Shown here: one piece after another, positions 9,810-21,008 of the stretch
Layout of the letters: each line of letters opens with the position of its first letter
Numbering within the stretch: the first letter of the stretch is position 1
The notes under the pieces: model-generated
Database searches by the model: none
What the model saw: only the letters and a program-made list of their open reading frames with translations
Told to the model about the DNA's origin: nothing
Position numbers and translations under genes: made by a program
Assembly (NCBI GenBank): GCA_026023565.1
Contig: JAPETS010000013.1
Span: forward strand, 682,001 to 703,038
DNA from: Cirrosporium novae-zelandiae
Lineage: Eukaryota
Reading direction: 5' to 3'
Length of the DNA stretch: 21,038 nt

Positions 9810-11724
9810 CTAAAGATCTGCCTTACCACCCGTAACCTTGGAGGCTTGCACGGCACTCATTTTCTGAGTCCATCCTTGTGCAGGGGTAAACTTCTTGACT
9901 GTCCGTAGCTCGTCTGAAGCATACCCAGGAATGCGGATGTTATAGTTGCGCTCCAGGATTAGCTGAATATCGCGAATTTCAAGGGTGCTAGATTGTCTGA
10001 GTTTAGCAAGTTTGCAAGCAGATGTAACAACTTGATCGACAAATTCGTCAGCGACATTGAGAAGAGTCTGAATATGAAGTTAGTTATCACACGTTAAAAA
10101 TGATCTGTTGAAGAATGACAAGAATTTCTGGTTCAAGATAGTAATATCCTCACCCAAATAAAAGTGAGATATAAGTGAAGCGTAGTAAAAATAAATGTGT
10201 GCGTACCTCTTCGACATCTGCAGAGAGGCCTTCGCTCCCCAGAGTTTCTCCTCCACCCGTAACTTGTCGAACCAATTCATTTAAGCGTTTCTTACTTAGA
10301 ACACGTTCCCCTTCTCCTTCGAGAACAAAGGCAGGGTACTTCTGAATCGCCGGCTGCCCCATCATACCAGATCCGGAACTCGCAGGCCCACCAGACAGGG
10401 TTGGGCGAGCCGTAGGCATGACGACTGGCTGAGGCGTAGGAATAGATAAAGTTTTAGGAACTGGCATCTTGTTCACACTTGGGGTCTCGTTAGGCGTACG
10501 CTGAGGTTGATGAAACTGCTGAGGAGTAGCCTGTGAGTAATTTTGATGAGATTGTTGAGACTGATTGACATTAAATTGGTTTGCTTGGGCCACAGCAGCT
10601 TGGTGGGACAATGGCCGAGGCGGGCCTTGGTATGCCGCGGAATGTGGTTGCAACGATTGTGGAGAGTTGTTACTTTGAGTTGGATGTTGCTGTGGGAAAG
10701 TATGCTGTGACAAAGGTGGTATAGGATGTGTGCTGTTCGGTTGGGAATATGGTTGAGATGTTGGCGGAGCTGGTAGTGAATTTGAAGCCTGAGAGACAGG
10801 TACATGTTGTGAGCTTGCCTGGGTTGGTGTTCCTACTACAGGGCTATTTGTCGTACCCATCCCTTCCTGCCCTTGGATTCTGTTTGCCGCCCCTGCATTT
10901 TGAGTGGCTGGAGCGGCATTAGAAGCAGGGATATTGCTATTTTGCTGACCAGGCTGTGAACTAGGGAGCGGACCTTGGTGCGTAGCATCAGTCAGCTCCT
11001 TTTGATCATTAGAAGTTGGTATAGGAGCAGCGCTGGCGTTGAGTTGCTGAGATTGTTGGTTTCTCAATTCCTCTTGCTGTTTTTGAAATTGGTCAAGCCA
11101 TGCTTTGCAGTTGGACGTGATTTTTATATATTGATCCCGATTCTTCTGTACGTTTGCAAGTTCTTCCTGCGAAAGGGGTGGTCCTGCACTCGTACGCTGG
11201 TTCATTAAGGTGGTGATGTCCTTCAACTTTTGCTGAGCAGTCAATTGGTTCACTTGCTGCGCTGCAAATTGGACTCTCATAGTTTGAATATACTTTGTCC
11301 GATCAGTTGGTAGAATATTCGGGGGTACCAAGACGTTAATTCTCTTAGCCTGCTCTTGGATTTGTAAAGCACGTGGGTTATGGCTTTGGGCATTATTTTG
11401 TTGTCCTTGATGTTGCCCATTTGTTGCTGATTGTTGACCATTACCATGCTGACCAGCACCTGTCCGTCTTTGGGCCATACTTTCAATATTTTTCTTGATG
11501 CCAGCGGAGACTTCGATAAGTTTACGGTAAAGTTGCTCATATTCTAGTGATCCTTTCTGGTGCTTTTGGAGATTTCCCCAAAGATTTTGAAGCCCATTTA
11601 TCCATTGTTTTCGTATATCCTCGTTCAAATTCGATAATCTTGCGATTTGCTCGGGCTTAATCAACTGTGGATGCTGCTGCTGAGGTGCCACTGCGGACCC
11701 GGGTTGGCCATTATTATTCTCCAT
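9810..11724 (-). CDS. TAF12: TFIID/SAGA subunit Taf12; exons 11724-10207, 10067-9810; 591 aa
   Basis: Gln/Pro-rich N-terminus and a C-terminal histone fold: [15 protein letters not shown]...[53 protein letters not shown]. Intron 10206-10068 (GTACGC..CTAAC..CAG). Confidence 0.96.
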
Positions 11725-12162
11725 AACTTCATACACACCCAATAGAGCACTTTGGAGTAAGACGGTAATAGTTGGTTTAGAAAATGGGATGCGGTGACAG
11801 ATAGTTTTTCAATGAAAGGATTGCGAGCTGTTTAGCAAATGGAGCACGACTAAGGTATGGGAAAGGAGAAAACTCAGCTCGGTTCCTGAAACAGCAGAAA
11901 TTCGCAGCTCAAGAAACCTGGAAGCAAGAACGATGACAGTATTTAGAACCAAATCCGTTTGATTTGAATGGGAATAGCAATCAGTATCATAAACAAGTCA
12001 GAAGGTGGTGGGTTGACGGACAGAAAGACTCCCAGCAGCCTTCGGCTATTAGTCCGAGCTTAGCAATGACGTGCATTTCATACGAGTAGTTTAATTTATG
12101 CCATCATGTTGTATAAATTTCATCAATTACTGAACAAACAAAGATTAACCATTCACTCGGCT

Positions 12163-14167
12163 CTAAATGCCAGATGTCTTTTCATTTTCCCTACTCTTGC
12201 CAATTGCTTCAACTTGAAAACCTAGCATTTCTAGATCATCTCGATCCAGAATATTTCTATAGTCAAATACATACCTTGGTCCCTGCATCAACATCGCAAT
12301 ATGTTCCCAGTCGATCTGTCCTTCTTCAGGTGGCCCAGATAGTGAGATTTTATTGCTGAATTGACTCCACTCAGTTAAAACCACCACCGCAATTGCATTC
12401 TGACAAGCATCGTATGCAGTTTGAGATACTGTAAGTTCTCCACCTAGGCCCTGTGCCCTTCCTCGATACTTTTCCAAGTCCCTAACTATCTGCTCTGCTC
12501 CAACACTTGGATCGAAAACACATATCTGAGCTCCTTTTCTCAGGAGTTCGCCAACTATCCCAATAGCAGGCGACTCTCGGGTATCGCAGGTATTCTTTTT
12601 AAAAGAAAACCCAAGAGCAGCTATCTTTTTGTTTGCTAACATTCCAGAAAGGCAGGATACAATTCTTTTCGTAAGGCGGTCTTTCTGGTAGTCGTTCAAG
12701 CTGATAATCGAGCGCCAGTAGTCTGCGACTTCGTATAAATGCAATGTTTCGGAGAGGTATATAAGACATAGAATGTCCTTTTGGAAGCAACTAGTACAGT
12801 AAGTTAGCACGTGCGGAAACTGTAGACTGGTCAATCAACACTCTACTACCTGCCACCGAAGCCTGGCCCAGCGTTAAGCATTTTCAAGCCGATTCTTGAA
12901 TCTAGGCCGCATGCACGCGCCACTTTATCTATGTCTCCATCACCTACTTCGCAAATAGCGCTCAGAGCGTTGATGCTACTGACTCTTTGAGCTAGCATTG
13001 CATTGGCTGCTAGTTTGGAAAGCTCAGATGACCAGACATTCATGGTTATAATTCGATTGCTTGGAACCCATTGAGCATATAGATTCGCTAAAGAAGCAGC
13101 AGCCTGTCGCCCAGAGATGGTGTTCATTGATCCTATAATGACTCGGTCGGGATAGATAAGACTTCTAACAGCTTCTCCTTCTGCAAGAAATTCAGGATTT
13201 GAGAGAACCTCAAACTGCACGGTAGGGTGGGAACTCTCAAGAAGCTGACCATCAAACCGTTAGCTGTGAAGGATCAAGAATTCGGCCACAAAAGTCAGAT
13301 ATATTGCTGCATATATTGTATATAGACACCTTTCACTAATTTAAACTAAATCGAAATCATGCAAAATCCATAATAAAGCAAACAAACAAATTATTTAGAA
13401 CTGTAGTTACGGTTCGATTACAACAGCTAAGGGGTGGCTTACTATATTCCTTATATGCTCCGCTGTCTTGCAAGGTACCGTAGACTTCTCTACTATTATC
13501 TTGTTTGTCTTAGAAACTCTTGCTATATTCCTAACAGCGTCTTCCACAAAGCTGAGGTCTAGGTCCTTGCCTTTTCCTGTTCCGCTGGTCTTTGTTGGGG
13601 TATTGACACATATGAAGATAATGTCTGCTTCTGCAATGGCTATGTCGACATCTGTAGAAAACTTGAGGTTTGGAGCTCGGAGGATAAGGTTCGAGGTCAA
13701 GGTAACCGGCCCAAGGTGTTCGTTATATAAACGACCTCTTGTAGAATCAGGAATGGTTGGCAAGCTACCATCCCTAGCTACTGATATTATTTCTTGTAGA
13801 TGTGATTCAAAGATAGGTAGATTGTTCGAATTCCAGGCAGCAATTTTCTCAGGATCGGTATCGACGACAGTGACTTCAATATCCGTCTTAAATGCAATTA
13901 CTGCAGATGTTGACCCTGCTTGATCTTAGTATCAAAACATTCATATATTGGAGGACACAATGGGACGAAACCTCCAGCGAAACCTGATCCTATGCATGCA
14001 AGCTTCTTCAGGTGCCAGGGATTCTCAATTCCCATATTTTCATCTAAGGGCGTCCGTATAGATAACTGTCTATGAGGTCTTTGGAAGTTTTTTAACCTAA
14101 TGTTTTGCTGTGGGGTTGGGGGTATAAGCTGTTCGTGATTTGTCTGTGCAACTGTAGTCCCAGCCAT
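12163..14167 (-). CDS. UGD1: UDP-glucose 6-dehydrogenase; exons 14167-13972, 13915-13443, 13244-12850, 12790-12163; 563 aa (possible extra 5' exon, see findings)
   Basis: Rossmann motif CIGSGFAGG, IFICVNTPTK, IVEKSTVP, LSNPEFLAEG, SSELSKLAANAMLAQRVSS (catalytic Lys/Asn), GFGGS|CFQKD (catalytic Cys across the exon junction), LGFSFKKNT.DTRESP. Three introns keep the frame. Confidence 0.94.
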
Positions 14168-15264
14168 AACAACTAGAATGATTAGAGATTGGACTGAATA
14201 CTGAGAATAAGAGAAGGGAAGAGAAAGCTTTAAATCAATGAGAAGTAAGGGTGAGGGAAAGAGTCAGAGATCCTTGATAGTTGCACTGCAGTCTTCTTAA
14301 GTTTTGACAACACTATTCTATTCTATTCAACCTGCTCAAATGGATCTTGGCTGTAGTATCCCAAGGTTCTAGTAATACCTTTCAGACGCCCAGAAAAAAA
14401 TCCTCTCAGGGTAAGGAATAACATTACTCCCAATATGTTTCATACTAGTTGCATGAAAAATATTGCATTGACATAATATGAGCTGCTGCCTTCTCTGACG
14501 GCATTCTATTTTTCGCTTGGACACAGAGTAATATCATATATGTAAGAAGGCAAAAAGTTCAGATACACTCCCGCATGTTCGCAGATTAGAGACATCCTAT
14601 GAAAACACCGCATTATCGGTGCTCCCCCAAGAAATATACGATGTGCAATGTATAATTCACGAGGTGCTCAAGGCAGGTCAGATTCGAATCAACATCTTCA
14701 CAGCCATGCTAGCTGTTTGGAACTAGGAGAGTAGGAATGGATTGGGCTTTCATTCTCTTCACGAAATTTGGTAGGCCAGCCGCACTATTTCAGCAAAATC
14801 ATAGAAAGTCCCCCAGCAATTCTATGTGATATTTTCGTCAACTTCAAAATGTTGAGCGTTCCCAAGCCAAAGCTAGGTTACAGTCATTTGTAGGGACACT
14901 GAAATCCAACAACTTGAGAATACTGTTATGGAGCCCAACTCCCTTGTAGTAGGTCAGAAGTGTATAATTGTCTTGGCTGGGAGACAATACATAGTAGCAT
15001 AGCAACAATCTTGTAAAATCTCCCTGATCCCTTTTCTAAGTTGCCGATGTTATTGGTCTTCGAACCTCCTTGCCCATATTGGCGACATCCAGTCTCGCTC
15101 AAACCTAGTTCGCAAACCCCAAACCACTGGGTCCATGTAGACATCACTTACCTTGCTGGCTTTACTCTTGTTGAATGTGTTGGAGTCAAGCTGGCTTCGT
15201 GTATGAGGAGCGGCCGGTAAGAGTTTAATCTTAAGTCATAGTCACAGAAAAAAAATATGCAGTT

Positions 15265-16167
15265 TCACCTCATTAGGCCGCCTAAATCGCGCTCCATGCC
15301 ACTCACCCTTTCTTGTAAGGAAGCTTTCTTTTTCTCAAGCTCTCGAATTTCTTCCTCCTCGCGCATGATATCTTCTTTGGTAAACTCTTCAACAACTTCT
15401 TCCTCTTCTCTTGAGACGTTGTCTGGGTCCATGTCTTGGTCACTGTCATGCTCTTGGGAGCGGTACATTCGCTCCAGTTGCGAGGCTTGGTCGCGGACAC
15501 CTGCTTCATATTGTGAAATTGACTCAGATAGCTGTTGGTACCGAGCCCGCAGTGCATCTATCTTTTCGGCCGCCCCAGGCATTGGACTATCATTAAGTTA
15601 GAAGAGTAATCCTTGTTGGTACAGATCTTACTTACTAAACAGCACAGAGTTTCTCTGCCCCTTCCAGCAACAATTCAACATCCATTTCACCCTTGGTGGT
15701 TCGTCCTCGATTGGAATAACTGGTGTTTCTTCCAATACCAGCCCCTCCACTTTTTTCAATCCGATCCATCATATCCCCCCCAAGGACCCTTGCAACTGCA
15801 GTATTTCGCCGGGGTGCTCTTGTCCCGTAGGATCCTGTTGCGAAGGGATTTGTACTTCCATTTATCTGAAAAACAGTGGCTCTCCGTGAAGGCTCTTCTG
15901 AGGGAGTACTGGTGGGAAACGGTAATGGAGCGTAGGAAAATAGGGCTCGTTCATGAGCTTCGGTATCTCGAATTAGCGTAGTAATATCATGAGAGCGTAA
16001 GAGGGCATTGCTAAATATCTTGGGTGGAGGGAAACTGCTTATTGTCAATATAATTCAATTCTCCATGGAGTGGTGTGTAGTCCAGGACATTGCGGTTCTT
16101 ACGGTAGTTCTGCAATGCCTGCAGCAGACTGCGATATCTGCTCCAGATGGCTACTTAAAAGTTTCAT
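15265..16167 (-). CDS. SPC34: DASH/Dam1 kinetochore complex subunit Spc34; exons 16167-16103, 16034-15636, 15586-15265; 261 aa
   Basis: The spliced N-terminus MKLLSSHLEQISQSAAGIAELPFPPPKIFSNALL...DITTLIRDTEAHERALF is the Spc34 signature, followed by LLEGAEKLCAVYPMPGA and a C-terminal coiled coil. Both introns are GTAAG..YAG and frame-consistent. Confidence 0.93.
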
Positions 16168-16802
16168 GGTGGAATTTCAGACTTCAGCAAATTAAAAGCA
16201 TCCTATCATAAGAAGAAAGAAAAGAGAGCGCCAGGATGTTTAGAATATATCGCAACGATTGTTTGTTTACAGAATAATTGTTGTTCCTCTCAGCCTCTAA
16301 TTATATCCATGCGGCAGATACCGAGAGCTCTGTGAATGGTAGAATATGAGAGGGATCACCGATGACCGAGAAAAGTTGGTTTTTATTTGCAATTTTACCA
16401 CTCCGAACAACACATCTAGCCTCTCCACCCTTGGGATATCCAGTTAGGGTCTGCTAAGTGTGCTCAGTACAAGCTCAGGGGATTTGCTTTTTTAGCGAGT
16501 TGTGGTGTTGCAGTTGCTGAGTAAACGCGTCTGTGGCAGTCTAGGCGCCTGTTGAGAACGGCTCCTTTCGCCGACTTTACCAGAAGAGTTCATCAGCAGT
16601 AAACCACCTGGGTACTTGAACCTGGCATTACTTCATCGTCAACTGCTCAGCTTTTCATCATAATCCAGCCTTTTCCGACCCCCATTAATCCCATTCCTAG
16701 ATCCAATATTCGAAATTCTCTTTTATAATCCATTGACATTCACTCTACAACACCATTCAACTCTCTGACGTCGAGCTACAGCATTAGCTTCAACTCCAGA
16801 AA
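16168..16802. promoter_or_regulatory. Divergent promoter region shared by SPC34 and RPN3, with forkhead-like TGTTTAC (16264-16270) and MCB-like ACGCGT (16525-16530)
   Basis: Head-to-head ATGs are separated by 635 nt and the motifs are visible in the sequence. Motif function is inferred from yeast cell-cycle regulons only. Confidence 0.5.
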
Positions 16803-18905
16803 ATGCCTGACGGGCGCAATTTGAGGTCTAATAGGTCCGACGCCTCTTCCTCTGCGAACGGACGAAACACTCGATCAGGTTCAAAGTCAAGTTCTAGTAA
16901 GGACAAGCCGGCCCCAGCTCGAACGGGTCCAAACAACAAGAAGACCACAGCTGGCCGGAAAGGCACATCCAGTTCATCTTCCAACAACATGCCTGGCGAT
17001 AAGCCTCAAGCGAGTGGAACTGACCCGGTGGAGAATGGTGTTAACGGAACAGACGATGTGGAAATGAAAGACGAACAGTCAGCCAAGGCTGATCAATCAG
17101 CAGCCCGGGATAAAGACGGCGATGCAGAAATGACTGTTGTGGTGCCTCCACCCAAGGGCCAAAAACCTTCAACTTCTGGACAGAAGAAGGATATAGACAG
17201 CGCGATGGAAGGTGTTGAAACTACAGATGCTGAAATGGCTGATGAGGCAGCTATAGATCCCGAGGAGAAGGTTCTTTCAGGTCTGTTCTAACCTAGCGAT
17301 ATCACCATTCGATGCGTTGAACTATGTTTGGATTGACGATCTTGCTTCAAGTTTGAGATGCTAATATCAAATATTCTTCTTCAGACATCAAACACAACTT
17401 TACCCTACTTGAGAGGGCTGTGGCACAATTTGATGCACGGTTTACTCTTCGCGTGCTTCGCTCCGTCTCGTCTATGCGAAAGCACCTGACACCCGACGTT
17501 ATTGCTCGTGCAGTTGTTGCACCATATTCTGCTTCGAGCCCCGTCGCAAAAACATTGCTTGCAGCTCTGGGGAAGGAAGGTATGGTGTTTGAGAGGGGGC
17601 AATCAGGCACTAAGATGGATATCGACGATGCGAAAGCGTCAAGCTCCTCCACACCAAAATCGTCGCAAGCTCCCAGGGAGCCTCTACCGGAAATTGATAC
17701 ATATCTATCTATCTTGGTTCAGGTTCACCTATACGACTCGAAGGCCATACAGGAGGGCGTCAAGTTTTCCGACCACCTTGTTGAACGTCTTCGGACATTG
17801 AATAGAAGAACCTTGGATGCATTGGCGGCAAAGGTTTACTTTTATTACTCCCTTTTTTATGAACAGCTTGCCCCATTTCCGCCCTCTCCAGTTGCTTCGG
17901 TAATTTCTATCCGCCAACCATTACTCGCAGCTTTACGAACAGCGGTTCTACGAAAGGATCAGGACACTCAGGCTGCAGTAACCACCCTCCTACTCCGAAA
18001 CTACCTATCCACCTCTCATATCTCCCAAGCCGATCTCCTCATTTCTCATACGGAATTCCCCCCTGCAGCGTCCAACAACCAAATCGCCAGATACCTCTAC
18101 TATTTGGGTCGTATCCGCGCTATCCAACTTGCCTATACCGAAGCCCATGATCAGTTGACAGGAGCCACACGAAAATCGCCATCTACTCCTAGCGCTGGTG
18201 GATTCTACCAAGCATCCACCAAGCTTCTGGTTGTGGTCGAGTTGCTCATGGGAGATATTCCAGAACGCGCTATTTTCCGGCAACCAAGTTTGGAGCATGC
18301 CTTACAACCCTATTTTCGTCTTGTGCAAGTAGTCAGCGTGGGTGACCTTACTGGCTTCGAGCACATTGTTCAAACACATAATGCCGCCTTCAAGCGCGAT
18401 GGGACTTATACCTTGATACTAAGGTTGAGACAAAATGTCATTAAGACTGGCATTCGCATGATGTCTCTTTCTTATGCTCGAATATCGCTTCGAGACATTT
18501 GCTTGAGGTTGGGCCTGGACAGTGAGGAATCGGCCGAATACATTGTTGCCAAGGCTATTCGGGACGGTGTTATCGAAGCGGTCCTAGATCATGAAAAGGG
18601 TTTCATGAAGAGCAAAGACGTTGGGGATGTATACGCAACAAGAGAGCCCGGAGAGGCATTCCATGACAGGATCAGGGCATGTTTAGACCTCCACGATGAG
18701 AGTGTTAGGGTTAGTATGACTCAATTGCAGCAGCCAGTACTCTAGCTAATTTGACATGCAGGCAATGAGGTTCCCGATGAACCAACATCGGCTCGAATTG
18801 AAAAACGCGCAAGAAGCGAGAGAGAGGGAAAGAGAACTTGCAAAGGAAATTGTGGAAGGGGAAATGGACGATGACGACGCTGGTGGTGACTTTGAGGGAA
18901 TGTAG
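16803..18905 (+). CDS. RPN3: 26S proteasome lid subunit Rpn3 (PSMD3); exons 16803-17280, 17385-18709, 18762-18905; 648 aa
   Basis: NRRTLD.LAAKVYFYY, SNNQIARYLYYLGRIRAIQL.Y, PCI domain LILRLRQNVIKTGIR..SLSYARISL.DIC..LGLDSEESAEYIVAKAIRDGVIEA, and C-terminal FH.RI..CL.LHDESV.|AMRFP. Introns 17281-17384 and 18710-18761. Confidence 0.97.
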
Positions 18906-19374
18906 AGTGTCGTGGATTTTGAACTGTCTGTGAAGGAAGGGGAAGGTCGGGGGCTGTCGTGGTTTCAGTCTTGACTGGCCCAGGGTTGACACTTTCTGAC
19001 ATTGTGCTCGTATCCTTTTTCCATGGGCGTGTAATCGCCGTTATAAAACGGTAGTTTTGGCCAGCTGCGTCTTTACATGGCAGTATTTTCGACTGGTTGC
19101 ATTGTTTCCATGCGATTCTCTGCTTTGGCCGGCGTGTCGATGATCGGTCGAGGACCCGCACACTGTTGTAATTACTTAGCATATCATAGACGTTGAATCA
19201 CGCGGATCTAAATTCCGTTATTGAATCGTAAGGCTGATGTCAGGAGGGAGAATAGAAGATATATTACAAGGCTGTTTCACTTAAAGATTGACCATGTGTT
19301 TACCATGATACATATTCTATTGGTAGGACTTAGGAGGCAGTGCTTTTCGAGGAATTAAGGCATTTGGAGGAATT

Positions 19375-19389
19375 GGGGGGGGGGGGGGG
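19375..19389. repeat. G15 homopolymer upstream of AVO2
   Basis: Directly visible. Confidence 0.9.
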
Positions 19390-19606
19390 ATTGAGATTTG
19401 GGGGCTAATTTCAATCTTTGGTTAAATAGGGCTCTCGGTGCCGTCATAGTCTCATAGGCCTCGTATCTCCATATTGAGTTGATATTATAATTAACACTCA
19501 CGCCGCTCACTCTCCCCAAGAGACCAAGGATCGATTCAAGGATCCAAAGACCCAGCACCCAGAACCAACGTTTTGTTTCCTTTTTAAAAATTCCAAACAT
19601 GAGAAA

Positions 19607-20937
19607 ATGTTAGCCTTCTCCTCCCCTCCCTTCCCCTCCTCTCCAATAGAAATCAACTCGTCCCTTCATATACTTTGTATATTTTCACAAACAACTCCTC
19701 CAAAAAAAGATGCGACCAACATCTAATAATGTTCCCAACAGGATCGACATTTCGATTCGGTTGCGGCGAGCCATTGTCCTCAACGATCTGCTGCTGGTCA
19801 AGCGAATCCTCAAGCACAACCCCGCCTACCTCCAGAACCCCGATTTCACGGACAAAAGCAATACCAGCCTGCATTTGGCGGCTAAGTATGGATTCGTTGA
19901 GTTGGCTGTGAGTTTGTTTTGTTCCATTATTTTCTTTTTTTTACTTTCTTCTTGTTCTCTTGTCGAGGATTTTTACCACATGGGAAAGGTTGGATGGGTG
20001 AATGAATGGTGGGCGGCTATGGACGACTTCTGATGACGTTATATATCTATGTTTATATATATAGATATATCGCCGAGGAGCTTTTCATTCCCCCCCCCCC
20101 GACCCCCCATTCTTAATAATAAGATTACAACCCTAATCATTTCCTTCTTCCATTCTTTTGACTAACTCTTTTGCAATGATACAGGACTACCTCATCAACA
20201 CCGGCCACGAAACATCCCAAATCTCCCAAAACGTAGACTGGGACACCCCACTCACACTCGCTATATCCGCCCAGCACATCCCCCTCGTCACACTCCTAAT
20301 ATCCCACTTCCCCCGCTGCGTGAACTGGCACACGAAATCGGGGACCCTCCCCCTCCACCTCGCAGCACGCAGCGGATCCGTAGAAATCATATCCCTCCTG
20401 CTCCACTACGGCGCCGACATCAACGGGGTCGACAACGACGGAAACACACCGGTGCACTACGCAAGCGCGTACGGACACCTAGGAGCCATAAAGAGATTGT
20501 TGGAAGAAGCTGGCATGGCAGCAGCGATGAGGGAAAATAAGTGGTACTGGACGCCCATAGCATACAGCTGCAGCGTCTCAGCCGAAGTGTTCTTCAAGAA
20601 TCTAGTAGCCGAGTATGAAAAGAAGAAGCAGCAGCAGCAGCAACAGCAGAAGAAGAACGTGGAAGTGCAGAAACAGCAGCAGAGGGATGAGATTCGTGTG
20701 AAGAAGAGGGGGGGTCTCGGTGGCGGTGGGGGACTGAGGCTCGTTGTCGATGAGGATGAGATTGAGAGTGGGCAGGCTGAGATGTGGGGTGCTGCTGTTG
20801 TTTCTGCTTCCGCGCCCGGTCAAGTCGTCGATTTGAGTAGTCCTGTTAGTGTGGGTGGTGGAGGAGGAGGTAGTCCCGTATTGGCTAGGAATAATAGAAC
20901 TCCGGCTTCTTGGGGGAGGGTGGGGCAGGTTTCTTGA
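19607..20937 (+). CDS. AVO2: Ankyrin-repeat protein, TORC2 subunit Avo2-like; preferred exons 19607-19608, 19742-19907, 20185-20937 (306 aa); alternative unspliced start at 19710
   Basis: IRLRRAIVLNDLLLVKRILKHNP..L.N.D...NTSLHLAA..G, YLI..GH, LL..HFPRCVN, GAD....D.DGNTPVHYA, W.PI all resemble Avo2 as I recall it. Intron 19908-20184 (GTGAGT..ACTAAC..CAG) is phase 0. The 5' end is less certain than the rest. Confidence 0.85.
20629..20649 (+). repeat. CAG/CAA repeat encoding Q7 in the Avo2 C-terminal tail
   Basis: (CAG)4 CAA (CAG)2 flanked by AAG repeats. Confidence 0.9.
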
Positions 20938-21008
20938 TTTTGTATTGCTTGTTTATGGTTTTCTTCTTCTTCTATAAGCTTGTGTTAACAGATATGGGGG
21001 GTTAGGGA

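Noticed and set aside
14342..14366. GATCTTGGCTGTAGTATC resembling the U2 snRNA branch-recognition region
   Set aside because: Only TGTAGTATC matches. The U2 5' stem and downstream sequence are absent.
14675..14692. GATTCGAATC resembling a tRNA T-loop/B-box
   Set aside because: No cloverleaf stems or A-box can be built around it.
15146..15225. ACTTACCT on the + strand resembling the U1 snRNA 5' end
   Set aside because: No U1-70K or U1A loops and no Sm site follow. It is better explained as a minus-strand splice donor.
16803..17291. 162-aa ORF as a separate gene
   Set aside because: It splices in frame (phase-1 intron 17281-17384) into RPN3 as its disordered N-terminal extension.
18742..19182. 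146-aa minus-strand ORF overlapping the RPN3 3' end
   Set aside because: Antisense to the last RPN3 exon and 3' UTR, with no recognisable domain.
209..20937. Functional gene cluster (LCB1 with TORC2 Avo2 and wall enzymes, or TFB5 with TAF12)
   Set aside because: The thematic links are real in yeast biology, but the genes are interspersed with unrelated housekeeping genes and I see no shared motif. Co-location is most likely incidental.
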